A stretch of DNA of 64,000 nt from Takakia lepidozioides (Eukaryota; Plantae; Bryophyta). The stretch spans positions 4,340,001-4,404,000 of the forward strand of contig CM060731.1 of the NCBI GenBank assembly GCA_030704615.1, read 5' to 3'. Below the pieces are notes generated by a model that had not been told where the DNA came from, made no database searches, and saw only the letters and a list, made by a program, of their open reading frames with translations. Positions 46,396 to 61,339 of the stretch are shown piece after piece. A program made the translations under genes and the position numbers. Every line of letters begins with the position of its first letter. Within the stretch, counting starts at the first letter, position 1.

Positions 46396-49300
46396 ATGGA
46401 AGGGGAGACCATGATGATGACGTTGCAAAATGGATTGCGGCAGCAGCATCTGTCTACCATGTTTCTACGGGATCCCGTCAAGCTGGAGCATAAGGAGCAA
46501 TTCGCTCATGGCCCCGCCCCTCCATCTCCGAGAGAGGGGATGCAGTCTGTCTCCTCCAACACTTCGGAGTCTCCTGATGGTGAGAAAAGTCTACCTTTCA
46601 TTGGTGTCGTTAGCAGCGCCGCTTTTGCGTCTTTTGCTTTAGAGGCCTGCCTAAGCAATTGTTTCCCCGCAGAAGTCCACCCTGTATGATGTCAGGGGGC
46701 GTTTTGAGGTGTCTGGAGACTCTCTTAGTGGGTTTGTGGGTGCTGTCTAATGTTGTTGAGTGCACAGAATTGACTATCTTGGACAAGTCTGTAGAAGTGG
46801 AGCTTTGTAACTAAGCCGTTAGCTCTCTCGAAGCCAGCAGATGCTTCTGCTGAAGGTCGTGTTGAGTACCCGGAAGGATCCTTCGACTGGGAAACCCCAT
46901 CTACTGGTTGGGGTGTATTCATTCATCTCGCAAATTGCCACCCCCCTGGACAGCAGAATGCTATTTGTTTTTTCTGGTCTTATGTATACGCCCCACTACT
47001 GGACTCACTAAAGGGTCTGTTCTCAGGCCACCTAACATATGCCGATGTGGGCCTCATTAAATCTGATTACCTTTTGGTGCTCCGTATTTTGTGAAGATCA
47101 GTGTTCATCCTCTTTCCTTCCTGCTTCTGAACCCTTCATCCTCTTTAGAGCGTCCAATCACAACTATCATGCCTCTCAGCCCCTGCCTGTGTTGGAAGCA
47201 GGCAATTGAGTACACTATGCTGTAAGTCGCGAGCAATTGGTACTGGGCTGTTTGTGTCTGTTTGTTTCACTTCATATAGCACATCAGCATCTAGGGCACA
47301 TTTTGATCCCTCTGCCTCTTCAGGTCTGTGAGTACTCCAGGTCTAACAGTTCTGGTTTTTTTTTCCAAGGGAGGCATAATAGTTTAGGTTTTCCAGGATT
47401 ATATGCACGTCACTGCGTGGCAGTATGTGCAATAGATCCAAGGTTTGAAGAGACAAGTGATAAATGTGTGTTGCGTAGCAGTGGATGAAGACACCTTACT
47501 GAGGGCGGCACATCAACAGTACAAAGATTGTTTTTACAAGCAGGCACTTGAGCTTTGCACGGCAGTTCATCAAAAGAACCCCAAGCGAACTGATGCCTTG
47601 TTGTTATTGGGTGCCATTTACTATCAGGTCAGTTGACGGCTTGCTCAGTGTATCCTATATAGCTCCACTGTTCAATGTTACCGCGTCATGCATCTGTTGT
47701 CTTCAGTGGTTGTGTGTGCCTTTAAGAAATGGCAAATTAGTCAGATGTACTGGATTCAGGGTAGTAGCTTGGTGCATGCTAGATATCAAAATTTTCTAGC
47801 CAGTGGTAAAGCAACAAGGTGGGTTTACACAACCCTGTCACGGTACCTTTTCTGGAAGCATAGGTGATGGATTTAGTGTTGAGTCTTTGTTCGTCAGTTT
47901 GTTGGACTAAGTTGGTTGCATGGGGCAGTTGCATGACTTTGACATGTGCATCACGAAGAACAAAGAGGCCATTGAAATTGACCCTCAGTTTGCAGAGTGC
48001 TATGGCAACATGGCAAATGCTTTCAAGGTGCGGTGAGCTGTCCAATCTGTTTTGCGCCTCTGCTATGAGATGGCATGCCTTTGAGGGAACTGGTCCTGTG
48101 TATATGTAATCTGCAACTTATGTCTGAAGCTAAAAGTCTAATCTCAGCAATTGACAAATCCCGGAGCAATATGCAGTCAAATACCCTTTTGGAACGAAAT
48201 GTAAAACTGGGGTGGGGTTGCAGAACTTGGTATTCAGCTTTGTTTGTCCCGTCTCTTGAACAGGACATACACTTCTGTACCGAAGACTTACATCATGAGT
48301 TATAGGACTGGGTAGCTAGTGACCTGTCTGGACCTGTCTGCACCTAAAGCTATATCGTAGCTTTTGTTACAAAGAAATAGGATTGCAGAAGTGTTCTGCC
48401 CATCTTGTCCTAAAGTCATGACTTCCATTCATCGTTCATTGTAGTGTCAACATGATACTCTCAGAGCTGTAGGTATGTGGTTGTCAGAGTCATAAGCTAT
48501 TGAAAGGTGGGCCTTGTATGTCAGGAGAAAGGGAACATTGACGTTGCTATTCAGTACTACACCATTGCCATTGAGGTTTTTTCACTCTCTCAACTCTGGA
48601 TCATATTGGATTGTCAGTGGATTGGTTAAGCTTTTGTTAGGGAGGTTCTTGTCAGACAATCCTGATGCAGATTTCCTGCCGTTGGAGATGGACCCAGGCA
48701 TTGGGATCATACAGGTGTTGCACGTGGAATTTGCTTTGTGCTTCTCTGCATTGATAGCTGCTCTGAACTCTTGGCTATTCCTGTATTTCCGAGTTCTCAT
48801 GATTGTGGCTATTCATTTATATTGGGATAAGCTCTCCATGGTGGACTTCAATGGTGGGGAGCCATTCAGGTTGCTCTGACACAATGGTTACTTGACACTG
48901 GTCTGTATGTTTCTGCTTTTACCTGAGCACTCAATGCTGAGAGCAATGAGACATAAGTTTTTCTTTGTGTTGGATGGCAGCTGAGGCCTACCTTCTGTGA
49001 TGCCTGGTCCAATTTGGCAAGTGCCTACATGAGGAAGGGACGGATGCAAGAAGCTGCTGAGTGCTGCCGCCATGCTCTGACCCTGAACCCCTGCTTGGTG
49101 AGCACCATTTTCTTTGCCATCAGTCAGTTGGTGAAATCCAACAAGCATATGGGAACCGGATCTAGATGGGTGACAGTTGTCCTTTTACTTGCTTTGTCCT
49201 TTCTTCCTTTTCTTCCTTCTTCTTTTTTCTTATCTCTGTTTTTCCTTTCTCGTTTTCTCTTCTGAAAATCCCTCTAACCTTAGATCAGATCTTCTCAGTA

Positions 49301-52300
49301 CTTCTTTTTCCGCTACCTTTAATTGTAAGTATGGAGATATCTCTATACCTATAACTTTCCACTCATTTTTAGAGATGTAGTTTAAATTCAAGTATTAGAA
49401 ATTATATCTGTTGGGGTCGTTCTTTGTGGCGTGCCAATTATCAGAGTCTTGCTCATTATATGGCTGGGTTGGTTCATTTGGCAGGTTGATGCACACAGTA
49501 ACCTAGGAAATCTGCTTAAGGCTCAAGGCTTGACCCATCATGTGAGACTTACTTGCTGTCATTTTCAGTACCTTTAGAAGTCTAACCATGGACATGTTCT
49601 TGATTACTACTCAGGCAAAGGCTTTCTGCATAAATGGTAGTAGTCAGCTTCTCTGCATCAACGTGTTTGTGGATGAGGACCTCCTGTGTTTGTTTCTGAA
49701 AGGGAGAACTTTGTCTTCTGGAAGTAACTGTTGCAATTACAGTGGTTTGTCCGATAAGCAATGTATTGGGTTACACTGGTTGGGAATGACAGGCATATCT
49801 GTGCTACATAGAGGCGATACGGCTTCAGCCGACATTTGCGATTGCATGGTCTAATCTAGCAGGCCTGTTTATGGAGGCAGGCGAACTCCAGAAAGCACTT
49901 ATTTATTATAAGGTCTGTTCTGCAGTTTCTAATTTGTAGGCTGTTTGTTTTTATCTTTGACCAAGTTACAATTATGTCTTTTGTTGTTATTGGATATGAG
50001 TTTATGTGTGTTGCTAGGGGAGCTCGTATTCCTGTCTTGTTCCAAAGGACTAGCTGATGGTTTGTAATCTCACTTGACAACTTGAGCTCCTACACACAGC
50101 TCAAGTCATTACATTTTCTGGGAGACACAGAAGGTCACCCTTCCCTTGGCAGTCTAATCTGTGGGCAGTGAGGTGGTGGTAATACAGATCATAAATATTC
50201 AATGTTCAATAACCTGGACAAGACTAGTGTACCCTCTTTCTGGAGGGTTCACCTTGACAGATGCCTTCCAAAGAAACTTGAGGATGCAACCGAAATTGAA
50301 GTCCTTTGTTCTACAAGTTGGTAGTTGGTCCATCCAGATGAACTACTCATATTGTCTTTCCTTCAATTGATGAAGATGCAAATTTCAGGATTGCTGCTCA
50401 ATTTAAGAACTTCCAACTCTATTATTGGCAGGAGGCAATTGGACTGAAGCCCAACTTTACAGATGCCCTTCTCAATCAAGGCAATGTCTTAAAGGTAGGC
50501 TGACTTGGTGGCTTGGTGGTGGGGACTTGGTGGCTGTTCAATTTGAAATTGAAAGTATAACAGTAGAGGCCAGTGGACCAGGCAGGGTTTATGTGTCACT
50601 GTGAAAGGAAGGCCTTTCTGACCTGGCAGCCACTTGATTTAGTTCTTTTCCCTGAATCTCTTGTCAAAATTGTAGTTGGTTGTGGCCATTGTAACAACCG
50701 GCTCTGATCGTTGCTTGAGACATGAGCCCTGCAGGCGCTGAAGCTATGACATGGGGTTGCAGGCACTGGGAAGGCCTCAGGAAGCAATCATTTCCTACCA
50801 ACGAGCTGTTCAACTGCGTCCAGACAATGCCAGTGGTTATGGTAAGTTCAAATAATCAACCTCTTCCAGAATGTGCGCTGATTTTGACAATGGCCACTCA
50901 CGAATGCTGCTGCTACTTGGGTTTGATGCAGTAAGATGTATTCCGACAACTTTCAAATGTTAGTCTGGAGTATAATCTACTCTTGCATGTTTAGGTGTTG
51001 ACTACCTGCATGTCGTTAGATCACAATGCCATTGAAATACATGATTTCGGCCTTTTAGGTTCTGGAACTTGCATGCTTGTATCCTTCACTTTGTGAAGTC
51101 CTCGACACCATGTGAAGTCTTAGTTTGTACAGTGCAAGCAGGTACCTTGTCCGGTCTTCCCAGGGTCCACGCAAGGCACTATACAGGGCATATTACGGAG
51201 GAATCACAGGTCACAGCGGTTGTGGATGGTGTTGGATGGCTTTTTTGTAGAAAATGACATCATTCAAGTTGAGAGAAAACCTATCAGACCCTTTGGGGTG
51301 CTTGTTGGGTAAGTGTACTTGCAACTGATGGTGGGTGCAGGAAACCTTGCGAGTGTGTACTACGAACAAGGCCTCCTTGACTATGCCATTATCCACTACA
51401 AGCAAGCTCTTTTGCTTGATTCCTCTTTCCTTGAAGCCTACAACAATCTGGTACCCTTTTCGATTTCTGAAATCTTTCTTTCAAGCTCTTGTCTCAGTTT
51501 GGTCAGTGATATCAATGAAGTACGATCAGGATGGGATGTTGGCAGCTTTTAATTTGCAATTGATCAGAACTTGGGCGGGTAATCTGAAGTCACAGCTCTG
51601 CTTTGGTGCCATCCGTTGGTTGCATCCAGGGTAATGCATTGAAGGATGCTGGGCGAGTTGAGGAAGCAATTACTTGCTATCAGGTATGAGAATAGAAGAG
51701 ATTGCAACCCTTCCCACTTCTGTGCTCTGTGAAATTTCAGTTTCTTGTATCGTCATTCCTGGGACTTGCGAAGCTAAGAATGCACTCTATGTTGTAGGAT
51801 TGAACCGTTTACTTGAATAAGGTGTTGATTGTGGGTTTTGGTGGTTGCAGTCTTGCTTGGCACTACAAGCCAATCATCCACAGGCTCTAACGAACCTCGG
51901 AAATATCTACATGGAGTGGTAAGTTACACTGAGCCTTTTAACTGTCTTCGTAACGTGAGCGGCACATGGTAGGATGATGCTCCAGCACTGGCAGTGGGTT
52001 ACAATGTTGGAAATGTTTCCTCATAACTGTTTGAGCTGTTTTTATTGCCTTGGATTCAACTGTGGTTACAAATGCCAAGAAACCTACTGTTTTGGCATAC
52101 CCAGGCAGAACTCCACATGCCTGGTTGGTGGCTCTCACTGGTCCCAATAGAGCTTTTCTGAACGAACATGCAGGAGTCCACCTGGCAGGCATCCTGGGAG
52201 ACAGCTATGCACATGAATGATGGTTGATAAGTTCTGTTTGAGGTTGTGCTTCAGGAACATGGTAAACGTCGCAGCTACATTCTACAAAGCAACTCTGAGT

Positions 52301-55300
52301 GTGACTACAGGCCTGTCGGCACCTTACAGCAATTTGGCCACCATCTACAAGCAGCAGGTACGGACTTGCTGTTGTATCTAGGAGCACAGGATACTCATTT
52401 TGCAGAGGGCAATGTGTTTGCAGTAAAGTTTATGTTGATTTATGTGTTGGTAGATTAGATATAAAGAAGTAACCTTCCCAGTTATTCTCAGTGATGACTA
52501 CGAAATGTGACAATGAATGTATTTATGCATATGTAGATATATATATGTGGTATATTTGTGTATGTATATCTGGCAATGAATATGAATACCCTCTGAACTA
52601 AAGAATTTCATGTTCATGTATCTTGTGACCAGGGCCAGCCTTGTGACCCTGGTGGTGTTGTTGTGGCCACATCTTCACGTGTTTGCTAGGCCTGCTGGAA
52701 GTGTTTTGGGGGCTGAAAATTCCTTGTCTGTGACAGGGTCAGTATGCAGAGGCAATTGCCTGCTACAATGAGGTTATGAGGGTAGATCCCATGGCGGCAG
52801 ATGGCTTGGTCAATCGGGGGAATACGCTGAAGGAGGTAGGCCGTGTCAGTGAAGCAATCCAGGACTATCTTCGTGCTGTAACAATACGCCCAACCATGGC
52901 AGAAGGCCATGCCAATCTTGCCTCTGCCTACAAGGACAGGTTTGTTGGAGAACCACATCAAATTGATTTTAAAGCCATGGAACATCCTAGAACTGTTGTG
53001 GCAGAAGCCAGGCAGTACACCCCACAGAAGATGAGACTAGGGTGTGCAAGGGCTATGTGTGGGTGCCAAGAGGATGCAGCCTCGACACTTCATTTTTTGT
53101 CATTGTGAAGGTTGAAGGTGGAATTGGGAAATACTGAATATCTACTCTGTCCCTTACCTATAGGGCCTTTATTTATGGAAAATGGGTGTATGTAGACATG
53201 TTTTGCATGTCCCGACCTGATCTTCAACGAGTTAACTTGGAATTTTGTCCCAGAAGTTGGGTGGGTACTCTATTCATGATATCCTCTAGGACGGGAAGGA
53301 GTGCATCTAGGCTCTAGATGTAGCTTTATGTCCTGGTATCTATTGGTGCCTTTATGAATTCTATGCGGATGGATGGGCAGTGGGCTTGTGGAAGAAGCCA
53401 TCAAAAGTTACCAGCAGGCGCTGATACTTCGTTCAGACTTTCCTGAGGCCACCTGTAATTTGCTCCACACTCTTCAGGTATGCCAAATGGGGTCTGCTTT
53501 GTTCAATTGTTTGCACCATATAAACAGAGGGTATTTACTTGGGAGGAGATTGCCCACTGCCAGTTACTTCCAGATAGTGTATATTATCATACTTGTAAAG
53601 ATGCAAAATGAACTAAAATGCTGAAAGCTTTCAACTTTGGAAGTTAGATGTGCAGAGTCAATAAGCATTTTTTAAGTTGCCTCAGCTGTATAAACAAATC
53701 TTGTTATAAGAGTTGCATGTGATATCCCCTTGATTACAGTGTGTCTGCGACTGGGACAACCGTGACAAGAAGTTTTTGGAGGTTGAGGATGTTGTCAGAA
53801 CTCAGATTAAGGTGGGTTGTAAATTACAAATTAGCAGATTATAGCTAGAGAGGGATGCACCTTTGAGATGTCCTGGAGCTTCCTGCTGGCATTTGGTGTG
53901 GCTTTGATGTGGTTTCATTGTGGCTCCCTCATGTTGGGTACAGCAAGAAATCTTACCCGGGAATTTGTTCTTGGTGTGTGTATGATTTTGTAAAGGTCTA
54001 TCTGCATGTCAAGCGAAGTCCAGAGGGTGGGTGAAAGATGAAGGGGGGTTTCTGTTTCTATCGTGGAAGTACCCAAGCCATGTTTCAAACAATGGTGCAT
54101 GTGTTGCAGATGCGAGTACTTCCAAGTGTGCAGCCATTCCATGCCATTGCATATCCTATTGATGCAATGCTTGCTTTAGAGATAAGGTATGTCCTTATGA
54201 AAATTGATTCACAGCTATGAGAGAACAGTTCCCTTGGAGAGATTAGGACAGACTGGCTGCCCATTGTGGTACCGAATAGAAACCCAGGGTTGTATGGTAC
54301 AACACACAGTCTGTCTGGTGGTATTGACATGTTCCTTTCAAATACCAAAAAAGCACACTTGGCTAGATAAGTGAGATAGTTTGATAATGTGTCAGCTACG
54401 AGGGTTTATGCTTCAGATTTTAATTAAAATGGCAGACAGCTTTTGTCACATATTTTGTGGAAATTTGTGATTGTAAGGAACTTCAGCTCATTCCATCCAA
54501 CAATGTTTTTTAATAATCAGATTTTTATTACCGTTTGTAAGTGCTATTGGCTGGGTTTTCTGGAAGAGTCTGGACTCCTGCATAATCTAACCTTGCGGGT
54601 TTGTGTGATTTTTTCAGTCGGAAGTATGCAGAACATTGTTCCTTGATTGCATCACGATTTGGGATGCAATCCTTCACCCATCCACCAGCAGTCCGTGTCA
54701 CCAGCGATGGAGGTAGCGGTCGCCTACGAGTGGGGTATGTCTGATCTTATTGGAGTCTTTGATACTCTATAATTTAAATATTAAGCTCTTCCTAACTTTC
54801 AGAACCAATCCAGACCAAGAAGGTATCGTGTAGTGAAAGCTTGTCTTGGGAAGATTTATCTCAATGTAGTCCAAGGTGAGTTGGTGCATGTTTTATTTCA
54901 GATAGCTAATAAGTGTTGATAATTTGGCAGGTATGTGAGCAGTGATTTTGGGAATCATCCACTCTCTCACCTCATGGGCTCTGTCTTTGGCATGCACAAT
55001 CGTGCTCATGTAGAGGTAAGTTGAAGGACATGTCTGGTGACAACTTGCGTTTGGTTGCAGTTGAATCTCAACAGAGGGAATTGTTTAGAAAGTTTTGGAA
55101 AGTAGGTGGATTTGGTCTTTCGAAGCACTTGGTATGTATTTTATGTTCTCCCTGGTTTTTCTTAAGGAAAATAGTTTGGCATGGGGTGCAGGTGTTCTGT
55201 TATGCATTGAGTCAGAGTGATGGAAGTGAATGGAGACAGCGCATATCAGCAGAGGCTGAACATTTTGTTGATGTCTCTGCAATGTCGTCAGATGCTATTG

Positions 55301-58300
55301 CTCGTTTGATCTGTGAGGATCAAATCCAGATTCTCGTCAATCTCAATGGTTACACCAAGGTATATGTTTCCAGCAGCTTGTAGCGCACCTAGCCCTAATG
55401 GAAATTAATGAGGGACTTTGCTGTAGAGAGGGAAAGGCAGAGTTTTGGAGTGAAAAGTTGTGTAATTAATTTGTTTTCTGTCGGCAAAATAATTTATGAA
55501 GACTGCAGGATTCCATTGTGTTGAAGTGTAGGGGTTTGCGGGTGCTTTTGCTGGTCTTTATCCTTTGTCGTGGTTAGATGCCTATTACCCACTGCAACAC
55601 TTCAGGTGGTTTTCTGGGTTAGGTCCTATGGGACCTCTTCTGATACTTTATGCCTTATACTAAAAAATTGTGTATTGCCAGTGCTAACAAAATTCTTATG
55701 GTTGGCTTTTCTTGGGGAGGGAGCACGAAATGAGATATTTGCAATGCAACCAGCACCCATCCAAGTGTCATACATGGGCTTTCCAGGCACCACTGGGGCT
55801 GAGTACATTGATTATTTGGTGACGGATGAGGTGTGTTACCTCTAATGTCACCCACTGCTCTGAAGATTATATTGCACTTAAATAGGCTTCATGGTGTTTC
55901 CACGCTAAAATTCCAAGGCAAGGCCTCTTACGTCTGGCATGTCAACCTCTGAGGCAGACACATCTACGTGCTCCTGTCCAGCAATGCCCCAACTTAAGTC
56001 CCTTTGAAACTCTCGAGTTTTTCAGGGAATGAGCATCAAACATAGCACACCCATTAACTACTTGGAATTGTGGGTTGCAGCTTGTGTCACCAACTAAATA
56101 TGCACACATTTATTCCGAGAAATTAGTTCACCTGCCACACTGCTACTTCGTCAATGACTACAAGCAGGTATTCTGCATTCTTTTTGCGATATTGAGTATC
56201 TACTGTGTACACACCAACCTTGGTGGTTGAGAGAAGACATGTTTGGTTGACATCCAGCTTTCTTCCATATGATGCTGGGATGGATTATGTGCAGCTTTGG
56301 ACGCAAGACGGTTAATCTACACAGTTTGGCCGTAGGTCTGAGGGGAAGGTTTGAGTGCAACATCTACAGCGCATCTATCAGAGCTCCTGATGTGTCTGAC
56401 AAGCCTGTGACTTCACAGAAAATGGCCCATTGCATACTATTTTGCTATACTTTTTTGAGGCTTTGTGGCCTCCTGTCCTGTAGCTCTGCTCTACAGCAAA
56501 AGGTCTCTTTTAAGGTAATTGTCAAATGTGAAGAAAGGCCAGTTCATTGGTAGGAAAGGCGTTGGAGTTTAACATTGCAATGTCTCTTTTCAGAAAAATC
56601 GGGATGTATTGGATCCTTCAACCAAAATGCAGCGCTCTGATTATGGTCTGCCTGAAGAGAAGTTCTTATTTGCCTGTTTCAATCAGTTATACAAGATGGA
56701 TACCGATGTATTCACAACTTGGTTAGTCCTATCACCTCCAGTTGTTGGAACCATTGATTTACGTGCTGTGAATTGGTTGCTTCAGCATTGCCCTGTTCCA
56801 TGGAGAGGACCTTATGTATGAGAACCTTTTACTGCTGGGGCGTTCCCACCAGTGCGTGAATGTCAAAGGTCATCAAAATATATTGCAGGGCTACTCTTAG
56901 CAGCTCCTTTCCTAAGTCCTTGAGAAACAACTCATGTGGCAAGGGGCTTCTGAGGAGCATTTAGAGCTGGTTTGAGGATCATATATTTAACCTGGAACAA
57001 ATGAATGAATTTCATCTTAATTAGTAATTCAATGAGTAAAACATATGTTTCCGTTTCATAGGTTTGTCTTGTAGGAGCAGGACGGTTTATTTCCTTTCCT
57101 GTGATTCTGTGTGAACTACTTTGTTATTCTGGGAATACTTTCTTTGTAGTGTCTTTGGCTAATTTCGGTTGAGTCATCATCAAAAAATTGTAATTTCTGT
57201 TCCAGGTGTAACATTCTGAAGCGAGTGCCGAATAGTGCAATCTGGCTCCTACGATTTCCTGCGGCAGGAGAAAGTCGTCTACGAGCATGTGAGTATCTTT
57301 CTAGATTTTTATTGATGTGCCCCAGCCAATGTTATTCACATCTCAATGTCAAGAGTGGTAGATTCAAATCTCTGTGCAAAATGTCTGAGTACATACTGTG
57401 TTCAATACCCTTGCAGTTGCAGCAGCACAGGGCGTGAGACCAGAGCAGATAATTTTCACAGATGTGGCAGCCAAGAATGAGCACATTAGGCGGAGTGATC
57501 TGGCGGATCTCTTTCTTGATACGTATGTATATCTCTTGACTCATGAATTTCTGGCTGTAGTCTAAAGTTGACACCTGGAGATTGATGGGCTCATGATTGT
57601 AACTTTTAAAGGAGTCTTCTCATTGAGCAAGTTCAGTTGGGAGAGTTGGCCATGTTGGAATCCTGAATCTGTCACCATCTTTAAGAAAATGTATTTGTGG
57701 CAGGCCTCTTTGCAATGCGCATACAACAGGAACTGATGTTCTGTGGGCGGGGCTTCCGATGGTTACCCTTCCACTCGAAAAAATGGCAACACGTGTAGCC
57801 ATGTCGCTTTGCTATGCAGCTGGCTGTGGTGATGAGATGGTTGTGGCTAGGTACTCTTTATCAGGTCACCTAGCTCCCTAGGTCATGGTTTATCAATGTG
57901 CTTTGACTTCACTCAGTTTTGATTTCGTTTTCTGTACCATGTCCCTTTTTTTAGGGCTATTGCAGATTTGGATTATCTGTGGGCCTTCCACCTTAAACAT
58001 GGAGAGAGTCCCATGTGGACTGCAACCAGGGAATGGTGATGAAGTGGTGATATTGAGTCACTTGGAGGGCACACATTCGTCTTAATCCTGGTTGGTATGG
58101 TGGTGCAGCATGCATGAATATGAGGAAAGGGCAGTGATGCTGGCAACAAACCCTCCAGTACTTCGGAAGTTAACCTCGAAGCTTCGATCTGCTCGGCTTT
58201 CTTGTCCTTTGTTTGACACCATGCGATGGGTAATTGAGTGTCCCAAGTGCCTGCACATTCATTTAGCGTCCTTACGGATTAGTCCCTCTGTATGTGCTTA

Positions 58301-58474
58301 TTTGAGGTGCTTGTTTTTCAGCGCTGCATGTAACATGATGGGATGTTGGTGGTGCTGTAGGTGCAAAACTTGGAGCGGGCATATTTCAAGATGTGGAATT
58401 TGTACTGTGGTGGCAGTCACCCACAGCCATTCAAAGTGCATGAAGATGACTTGGAATTCCCTTCAACTCAATAA
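46396..58474 (+). CDS. SEC: O-linked N-acetylglucosamine transferase (SECRET AGENT/OGT type), ~988 aa, 28 coding exons: 46396-46579, 47482-47627, 47929-48027, 48525-48575, 48981-49097, 49485-49541, 49793-49912, 50432-50494, 50763-50841, 51341-51450, 51630-51683, 51851-51918, 52255-52357, 52737-52939, 53381-53477, 53740-53811, 54110-54186, 54618-54734, 54931-55015, 55192-55359, 55720-55830, 56081-56167, 56594-56721, 57206-57288, 57417-57522, 57704-57850, 58109-58229, 58361-58474
   Basis: TPR array ([35 protein letters not shown]) then GT41 motifs [91 protein letters not shown]. All introns are GT-AG and the exons sum to 2967 nt in one frame. The first exon and start codon are least certain. 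Confidence 0.95.
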
Positions 58475-61339
58475 CAGGAGTCTTAGAGGGCTCCAGCTAA
58501 TATCTTGGAAGGAGTGTCAGGGAAAAGGTTCTGCAGAGCATATCTAGAGAAGCAAGGCTTGTAATGCCCAGCTTCATCAAATCCCGCTCAGTACGCTACA
58601 AGCAATCTGATGCTCACAGGGCTTACGGGTGTGAACGGTGGCACATTAAAGCAGCAGCCAGAAGGAAGCTGGTGGTGCTGACTTTTTTTACCTGATTATC
58701 ACTTGACTGCATGGGCATCTGTTTTCGGGTTCGATTGTCTTCAAAGGCTTAAATTTTGTGCTGTGGGTCCTCCATGTGTCTTATGATAATTTGTACAGAA
58801 ACATGTTCTGGAAAGGGTTTGTAAGAAATGTCACGAAGGGCATCCAACTTTGGAATGGTTCTTGGGTGCCCAGGCATACAAAGACTCTGTAGTATGCTTG
58901 CGTATTTTTTTCTTCAATAACCTTCTCATTGGTCTAGCGAGACCCAAATTTGTTTATGCTAGTGTAGCCTCTTACCTGACCATGCCAATGACTGAGCCCA
59001 TTACTGGATCTGAAATTGGTCTCTATTTGGCCATAGCAACCTCCACAGGTAAGAGCCTCTAGAGTCTAATGAATCTCCTTTTGCAGTTTGGGTCTGAGGT
59101 GGATTGTCCAAATGTGCCGCCTGGATTTAATTGGATGGGGCATCATTGTGGAGAAGGGAGTGAGCCATGAACTAGTTCATGCGCAAATGTTTGACCGAGT
59201 TGGAATTGAAGCATAAAGTTCATATGGGATGGAAGCCCTGGAACACAGGAACTATAAATGTTCGAACATGTTGGACAATGGATGTTGTCGCAAAGGATTT
59301 GGTATTTCCTGTGTAAACAAGCTAGAGAGTTTTCCTCCTTTTCATTCAGTTGCCTACACCACAGAAACTGACGAGCAGGCCCACATGTAAGAAGTTGCCA
59401 AACAGTAATTCAACAGACTGGGTAATCAGAGATCCTCTTTTTTCTCTGGGAAGGGTTCAGAATTTGTTCTCTTGCGGGCCATGGTGTACTACTACCTTCC
59501 CCAATGTGTGATTGAGTGACTTTTCATAGTGAAAGAGGGATAGCTTGTTGAGCATAGCTATTGCAAGTCTATATGCTCTGATGTTTCTGCAGAGACCCCC
59601 CCCCCTGCGCACCTTGACACACCAAGCCTTGCAAAGCATAAACAGCCAATTCACGGTGAAGGAGCTAAAAGTCAAGCCCCATTATACACAACATAAGCTC
59701 TTTTGAAAATTCCTTGTAGAAACATATATCAGTGATATATATCACCAGCGTACAAAACTCTGAACTCTTTTCTTTTTCATTTTCTTTTTAGAACTCATAT
59801 TTCAAATGTAACCAGAGATAACATGATGTGACATAGCCAGAGATTCCAAACTTTAAAGTTTGCAAATAACAGCTAGTTGTATAGGGGCTTCTTGGGCTTT
59901 ATTGCTTTGTGCAGATTCTATGACTTCGTCAGTTGCTGCGGTGCACGCAACGTGCCCTGGGGAATATTTTGGAAATGGCAACCAAGGAGGTATTCGAGGC
60001 AAGTCAATTTGTGGAATTTGACCAACGACGACCGAAGTGGACACGCATTAATTTGCACGTAGATGACATTATGGCTGCAATGGTTTCTTTATGAGAGGCT
60101 GAAACATTTGTACGCAAAGTTTTGTTAATGACAACATGGACCTGCTTGCCCTAGAATATGGTGAGAAGAAACACATCGATGAATGAAAAGTCCCGTAGGA
60201 TGAGCCTCCACCGGAAGAGACGGTGCATGGCAGCCGCAGTGCATGCAACCGTTCTCGTCCCCCCTCGTCTCCCTCTTGTTGTCAATTGCCTGCCTCTCTT
60301 CTCTCACATCAGGTCCACACCCACAGCAATGCAGCTGGAAGGATGAGGTCAATTCGTGTGCGCATCACTCTGCTTCCATAGTAGTAGTTTTGGAGATACC
60401 TTCTCTGGGTTGTGACACACTCCTACCCAGGTTGACATGCTGTACACGGCAGTCTAACGTGTTTTCATTCAATTCATTGGCAGTAAGGAACATCTCTCTC
60501 CCTCTGTCTTCAACAAATTTCTTGTCAGAGATCTTGTCTCTAGACTTGAAGGCTGCACATATGTGCGCACCACGGATTTCTCTACCCATCTAACATTGAG
60601 CCACTCTCCTAATGTGATCCTTTGTTTCAGAACAAAGGAGAGGGATGAAAGATTGCATCGTGGGGAAGGTATACTGTTCTCGACGCTGTGACATGTGCTG
60701 GTTCTGGACTGAATTCCATTTCACCACTTCCTTGCTTCCCCTGAATCTCTGTTCGTGTCTGGTGAATCCGCTCGATTCTGTGGCTTCTTCTTGTAACTTT
60801 GCTACACCTGCAGACAACGTCCCGTGTGCAACATGTAGAACAGACGATAAGTGTTTGTTAGAGACAACGGAAGCGCCGTCTAGCTCCCTTACTGACAGGT
60901 AACGAGGGCTCCATTTGTTCATCTTCTTGAGCAAATTTGGCCTTGAACTCTGTTTACTGCGAAAGTTACACTGTCCCATCTCGTGTGTCCAAGTAAGACT
61001 TCATTTCTTCTCGTCTGTGGGTGAGAAATTCGAAGGAATCGGCTCCGCCCCTCATCATCATCTCTTTGCTCTCGTAGCTACCAACTATATGAATCAGTAT
61101 GGCACAGCCATACCCTCATGGAAGTTAAGTGGCCCCAATATAATTTGGCGGTGTCAGCCGCAGGGGAGTCCCCTACCATTTCAGATAACAGCGGTGTAGA
61201 AGTATATTTGAGCTGAGTTTGACCATTTGCACGGTAATGCGGCCAATGCCACATAAACAGGCAAACTACAACTTGGAATTTATCGTAATCAGATCGCGAC
61301 TTTTGGGTATCCAGAAGACTAGATTTCATAGAAAAGAAC

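Noticed and set aside
46396-58474. SPINDLY (O-fucosyltransferase) identity
   Set aside because: [17 protein letters not shown] and FNQLYK are OGT/SEC-type motifs.
60125-60979. Minus-strand frame of three abutting ORFs
   Set aside because: Two internal stops, no recognisable motif and no clear splice support.
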